From: Auanema rhodensis
Taxonomy: Eukaryota > Animalia > Nematoda
Reading direction: 5' to 3'
Length of the DNA: 64,000 nt
Assembly: GCA_964057225.1 (NCBI GenBank)
Contig: OZ059898.1
Span: 10,850,001 to 10,914,000, forward strand
Numbering within the stretch: position 1 is the first letter of the stretch; every line of letters begins with the position of its first letter. Of the stretch, positions 57,601 through 64,000 are shown in pieces. Both the position numbers and the translations under genes were made by a program. Below the pieces are notes generated by a model. That model searched no databases, was not told where the DNA came from, and saw only the letters and a program-made list of their open reading frames with translations.

Positions 57601-60600
57601 TACCCGTAGCTAGATATATATGTTTGAAACTAATTTTAATGAAATATTAGAAAAAATAGATATATGTTCATACATAGCAATATGTATGCAACTTCAAATT
57701 AAAAAAAAACGAGATTCTAATGTGGGAGTGACAGAACGGTTGACGCTTTAAGCACAAACAATATGTAAAAAAACTTGTGAGTTTCCTTCCTCTTCTTACT
57801 ATTTATGTGAGAAAAAAATTCTTTGTCTTCAGAAATCAACAGTGTAATTGACAATGCTAACATTCTAATGTGGGAGTATCAGCAAGCAAAAGAACAGGAG
57901 CTTCTTGATGAAAAGAAAAAGATGAGATGAAACAAAAAAAAAGCTACAGGCAGATCGTTTGATTACTATTTGGATCAGAAAAAAATTTTTGAATAAAAAA
58001 TAAAACAAAAGCATGATGCTGGTTGAGAAAGATAAATTCTTTATTATCTCAAACAGCAATGAAATTGTTGCGAACAAATTTTTTTTTGCTTTTGTGAATT
58101 ATACTCTCTGACTCCTCGCCTCCCAACGTCATTGAGTTGCTCCATCTCGTATTCTCATCCTATTTCTCTCTTAGTTAAGCAAATGATTTTTCAGGGTCAG
58201 AGATTGTGATGAGGTAACAGATTTGAGAGCCAAGCCTGTTAGTGATGATTATGAGAAGAAGGAAAATTTATGATCATATATGGAGGAACAATAACACAGG
58301 CGATTGTTTGCCAAAAGACGACAAATAGCTTGCTGATGACTTGGAAATGAGCTAATTTCAATTTTAAACTGCTAACATCTATGAAAAAATGGGCTTAAAG
58401 GCGAGAGTCTATGAGAGGTTTCAAATATAAGAGTGAGAGAGAGAAAAAGAGAATGATAGAGAGAGAAAGAGAGAGAGGGGGATTGAGAAAGAGAAAGTGA
58501 TAGAGAGAAAAATTTCTCAAAAAAAAAAACAAGCAAGGGATATGCAGTGATATGCTCATATACACACACTCACACATATGATCTCATATTAGAAGAAAGC
58601 AAGCTCATTGCTTTAAATTTAAGCACAAGACTTTCTGGTATTTAACTGAATTTCACAGGATGTCTATAAGTAGTCAGCTATTCAATTTTTTTCTCAAAAC
58701 TGGAATGAGACAACACCATCAGATCCGTCATCTTCTTCGTTATTACAGCATGAATGGCAATACGAAGACAACAAGTTGCCTCAGAACCATTAACCAAAAA
58801 AAAAGTTTCAAATTTACTTTTTTTGTATTTCTCTGCTAAACAAAAGGTTAGATACTTGTTCAAAAAGAATTGAAGACTAAACGAAGATCATAATTTTAGG
58901 AGCATAATATCTAATAGTAACTAACATATTGAATTGATATATATTAATATTTTATAATTATATACTAAACATTTATGGTATACATAGTATATAATGTTAG
59001 TTAATGTAAACAACAATGACATCAAGGCGGAATCATTTTTCTTTTAACAAAGTGCAGTCTAATCTGCATGTTTTTTGTTTTCATTGTAATTATTTTTTTT
59101 TAATTTTGATGAATTTCAAGATGATGCTTGTAGGTAAGAGCTCAAGCGAAATAAAAGATAAATTGAGAATATCATACTTACTTAGTAACCAAATAAATGG
59201 TTCAGGAAAAATGTTTAATGAAAATGGATGGCTAAAAGTGATCTACAACAATGAGAGGATGGCAGTGCAACCATTCAGTAGCAATCTAATTCAAAAAATT
59301 AACAAAAGTGTACGTGAAGACAATTTTCACGTAAAATAGAATAATTAAGATCATTTTGCAAATGACCATGCAAAATAGAAGAATACTATTTGATATAGTT
59401 AGTTTTCGTTACTCATTCAAATATTATATATTGTTATAGTTGAAGAATAACATCAATAGTAGATAAATGTTGATGTTTCTTCAAGCTAACCTAAACCTAT
59501 AAATTCCATATTTCAAGCCTCTGTCGTTTATAAACTGATGTTCATTGATGCTGACGTTGTTGATGATGATGAACAATATGAGCTGGATGACATACATAGC
59601 TAGAAATGCTTGATGAAGTTCGTTTTTTGCATTTTTTGTATAATGAAAGTAAATATTTTCATATTTCAACCAAGAGGGGAATATCGATGAGTTATTGCTA
59701 CAACTTTCAAAATTTTTGCAATAATTAGAACAGTACTAGTAGGGTAAATGAATTACAGCTCATATAAGTGAAAATGTGAAACATGAAGCCTTTAACCTGA
59801 TAGTCCGGTTACAAACAGGCTGTGAGGGAGTGAGCTGAGATAGAGCTAGCTCTAAAAAGAAAATAGAAGAAAAGAGGGAAACGGAGAAAATGGAATAAAA
59901 AGGAAATATAAAGAAAGAGATGGAGAGAAGAGGATAATAGACAGTCGCAAATAGGAAGAGAAAAGCAATCCACTATACTGAGAAGAACTAATCTCTAACC
60001 CATTGAAGAGGCTTAGGTTAGTGTGTGAACTAATTTGCATAACTGAAGTCTTCCAATATGAAATAGATAAAACATTAAAATGATTTCTGATTTACAAACG
60101 AAGAAAGCAATTTATGTGTGGAGAACTACATAATGCTAATAGATAATCAGCATTAAAGCTTCAGAAATGCTGCAACAAAATACCGCTAATCAAGTCAGTT
60201 CTGAAGTATTGTTCTTGAGATTATGGATGATAGGAGCAAAACGAGTCTGTCTCTGATACTTGAAAAACCGATTTGAGACAGCAATTTGATGTTCCATCTG
60301 CTATGAGTTTTGAGAAGAATTTTCTTTTTTCTTTTGGTAAAAATACAAATTCTTTAAGAGAAGCAGTTTTGGTATTTTACACTTTTAAAAGCTTTCAATC
60401 AACTATACAAGAACATTCTTGATATAGATATAATTGGATTAAATAAGCTGATATATGTGATTCTAAAAGTTTTTCCCAAAAAGTTTCATTTTTTAATCAT
60501 AATCGCAATAATGATATTTGAAGTTGTATATTCTAAAAACATCTGAACCATTTGAATGACAAAGGACTCTTCTTTTATATTTATTTATATAAATTTATAA

Positions 60601-60606
60601 AACTTT

Positions 60607-60619
60607 ATATATATATCTA

Positions 60620-60650
<31 letters not shown>

Positions 60651-60659
60651 GTGTGTGTG
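60607..60659. repeat. (TA)n microsatellite followed by a short (TG)n
   Basis: Read directly from the sequence. Confidence 0.85.
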
Positions 60660-63600
60660 AACAACATGACAATCGATACTAAGAATTTAGGGAAATATTT
60701 TCAAATATAAGCATATTTATAGAAAAATTATCATGTCAAAAAAATTGATTCTTATATTGTTTTGTGTATGTGACAACGTTTCTTATAATAAAAATTCAAG
60801 CACTTTCATCCATTATCTTTTGTGTTATTTCAACTAATTTAACTGAATATATGAGCGACAAGTACGAATAACTAATACAGAAAAAAGTAGTAAGAGGTAG
60901 AAACTGAAATGAGAGAATAAGAGGGCATAGTGAAAAGACAAGATTTAAGAGAAGAAAAAAGAGAGAATCGAAAAAATATTCTATAAATGCTTGTATAAAT
61001 GACTTTAAGATGAAAGTTGTCAGCAGATTGGCATATACATACATGCACTAACTGAGACAAGCAAGATCTGTCAAGACTTAAGAGTGAAGCAAAAACGTTG
61101 AAAGACAGACATAGAACGCAATAAGTGGAAAAGAGAAAATATATTCAGTTTGTATCAAAGAAATCATGAGATGTATGCTGTTGGATTTTAGATAGTTCAC
61201 TTAAGAACCTATTACTGACCATGATAAAGCTAATTTTTTGGGAAATGACAAGAATCGACAAGCCAAATGCCACGGATGTTGGGCTATTTGCTCGTTTGAT
61301 ATGTTGATGAACGGTTGCCGTTTGTAGTTTTATGTCATTTGTCCAAATATTTTTAATTTTTCCCTTTAATTTTTGTGTCCAAACATCAATTGCTTTAAAG
61401 ACAAGTAAAACTCAAAAAATAAGAAGAAAAGAGATAGATGGAAAAGTTGAATCATAAGCTTTAAGCTTTGAAATGAATCAATCATAAAAGCAAAAACTTC
61501 ATTAGTTCAATAACCGAACAGAAGTCAAGATGATTTGTCTGCAATAGAAAGAAAGTAGCAGTTGGTGTGGTCACTGAAGGTATGTTGAACGGATATTGTG
61601 GAATGATGTCATATTAGGTTTCAAACAGAATTATAGCTGATATGATTTATTTTCAAGAGAAAACATGAGTTATCAGGTTAAGCCTTCAAACAACTTCAAT
61701 TTCAAACGACAACAAACAAGCAAAAACAATAAGTATCAGTTGTTTAACAATTTTTTGTCAAAAAGGATGAACAAGACGGAGACGACGAACTAAAAAAAGT
61801 TTAAGGAAAAAAAACTTGAAGAAAAATGAGTATATAGCTATATGCAAAAGGGACAACGAAATGCTAAACCTCTTTTCAAGCATTTTTTTCTCTCTTGCTC
61901 CTGGCAGAAAATAAGTGGAAAGGCAGAGAAATGTAGAGAAAAACGAAAGATGGGGGTTGGAACTTCTGATATGAAAGAATAATTTCTTTTTGAGCAGTTT
62001 AATAAACATTCTAAACAACTTCGAATTTATAAATTTTTTCATATTTTTTAGAATTTGAAGAAGCAATGCTGAATAGATATCTAAGAAAAAAAGTTTTTTT
62101 TTGTATAATTGTAAAGTAAAGTCAATATAGTTTACAGTAACTTGTCAAAAGAATATAAACTTTGAGAATGAAAAACATTAAAGAAAGTGTATAATAAAAA
62201 TATAATTTTTGAGTTTCAAAAGAAAAAAAAATGAATTAAATGGAAAATAAAGAAAAAAAATATTTCTCATCATAAGTGAACCTTTTCGACATGCATACAT
62301 GGACATGTTAGTCCGGCTTTTGATACGTTGAATACCTGTATATACATATGTATATCTGCATATATGTCTGCATATATGTATGGAAAAATGTGTAGAGCGT
62401 AATACAAAGAAATATACGGATAATATTCGTCTTTCTATTTCTACTTCGTATTCTTGAGATATTTTATAAGAGAGATTCTGATGGAAAAATAAATTGCGTT
62501 AACGCAAGTGCTAAAGTACATGGATGAACAAGCAAGTGATGCTGAAAAACGTTAGTGAGCCTCAGATACATTCCATGTATCTATGTGGATGTATATATAC
62601 ACACGTATATGGGATAGAGTAGGGAGTATAGTTCTTGAACAGAGGAACCAAAGAAATAGAGAAAGAGATAAAGGGAAAAGAAGAGAAAAAGGAGAGATAA
62701 ACTAGGAAAAACTAGACACGAGATTGAGAAGAGTCGTCTCCTACAGGAGTAGCAAAACGAATAAGAAGCGAAAAAGAAAAAGAAGATGACGAAAAGCCAG
62801 CTTCATGGATGGAATAGTCAAAAAAGGGAATATGCGTACGTGGATGTATATATGTATAAGTGAGTGAGAAGGTTATTTCCTAATTGAAATCTTGAATCAA
62901 ATCTGAATATTCGTATTCCAAACCTCATGATTATCAAAAAAAGAAGAGAAGTTATTGTTGTTGTTGAATATATACATATATACATATATGTTTAAGTTCT
63001 ATATTTGTATAATATATAACAAACAAAATATATCTATAATTTCTTTTTCTTTTCGTTGAAAGAAAAAAACAGCTACAGATGAAGAAAAATAAAAAAAATC
63101 TTACATTACACTAGCTTTAGAATTATCATGCGTTAGGTCAGAAATCAACTGTATCATTAAACTTTCAAAAAACCATCGAAGCTAGTATGAGGCTTGACTT
63201 TGTTGTCATTTTGAATTAGGATGTTCTGACTGAAATTTTTCAAACAACTTTCAATTGTTTAACGACACAATTCAATCATATATCTGAGCGTTTATATAAT
63301 AAGACGAGATCTATATAACTTCCTCATTATAAGATTTCAGTTGTAAGGAAAAGTTCAAATTGAACATATATTACTGATTGATGACGTCGAACACTTAGCA
63401 GGAACATACGAAATCATAAAGATGTCTGAAAACGCCTACTGAGCTGTCTTTGCAATATGCTGCTGTTGATGAGGAGGATGATGATGATGAAACCATAGAA
63501 TTTAGCCAATTTCATATATTTTGAACCATTAGAACGTAGATATGTATGGCTATATGAGTAAAAGTCATATCACACAATAAGAAAGGAATACATTCATGAA

Positions 63601-64000
63601 CGAGTTGACCCGCAAATAAGATGAGGAAGTTTTTATAGCGATCAGAAGACAGTTTTTATTTTCAATTTGAAGAAAATAAAGTAGGATAATTCAAAAAAGA
63701 ATGAACACTTGAGCGTTGTGCATTTAAAAAGTAAAATTAACTGAAAAAACCGTGGAAAGATGAAATTATGGTCCAATGATGAAATAACAAGAACGATTTC
63801 TTGTTGGTGGTCGGAGAACACATTAGAATTTCGTTTAAGCAACTTAGGTCAATCGAAGATGAGTCTCATGGGATTACAAGCTCAAACCTATAGCAAACAG
63901 ATGACGATTTTGAAGAGCACTAAAATGGAATGAAGATGATTACTACTTTATTTGTAGTTAAGGTTTGTGAATGAATTCTTCCTCTTACTTCTTTTCTCTC

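Noticed and set aside
57601-57624. TACCCGTAGCT..ATGTT resembles mature miR-51 (miR-100 family seed)
   Set aside because: No complementary arm on either side, so there is no pre-miRNA hairpin.

Overview
AT-rich eukaryotic genomic DNA, almost certainly a rhabditid nematode: short GT-AG introns of about 45-55 nt, a nematode-type globin and a DUF273 gene. The supplied ORF track is mostly noise because the genes are spliced, so I assembled gene models by hand from GT/AG boundaries and reading-frame continuity. Six genes are supported. (1) A 31-exon molybdo-flavoenzyme on the minus strand (4392-13501) with aldehyde-oxidase-type active-site substitutions and a degenerate FAD domain. (2) An antisense nested 4-exon gene (9460-11457) filling that gene's only large intron, encoding a 616-aa signal-anchored, very acidic Q/E/P-repeat protein. 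(3) A 15-exon secreted, Cys-free, low-complexity protein (18437-21618). (4) A myristoylation-motif globin resembling glb-13 (31961-33612). (5) A DUF273 glycosyltransferase-like gene (34611-36546, minus). (6) A small single-pass membrane protein gene (40077-46291, minus) with two frame-shifting micro-exons, a GC-rich exon open in two frames and two candidate last exons. The best candidates for novel biology are the micro-exon frame switch in (6) and the nested gene (2). I found no convincing exons in 46.3-64 kb or 21.7-31.9 kb, and no tRNA, rRNA, transposase or CRISPR array. No searches were run; family assignments come from recalled motifs.
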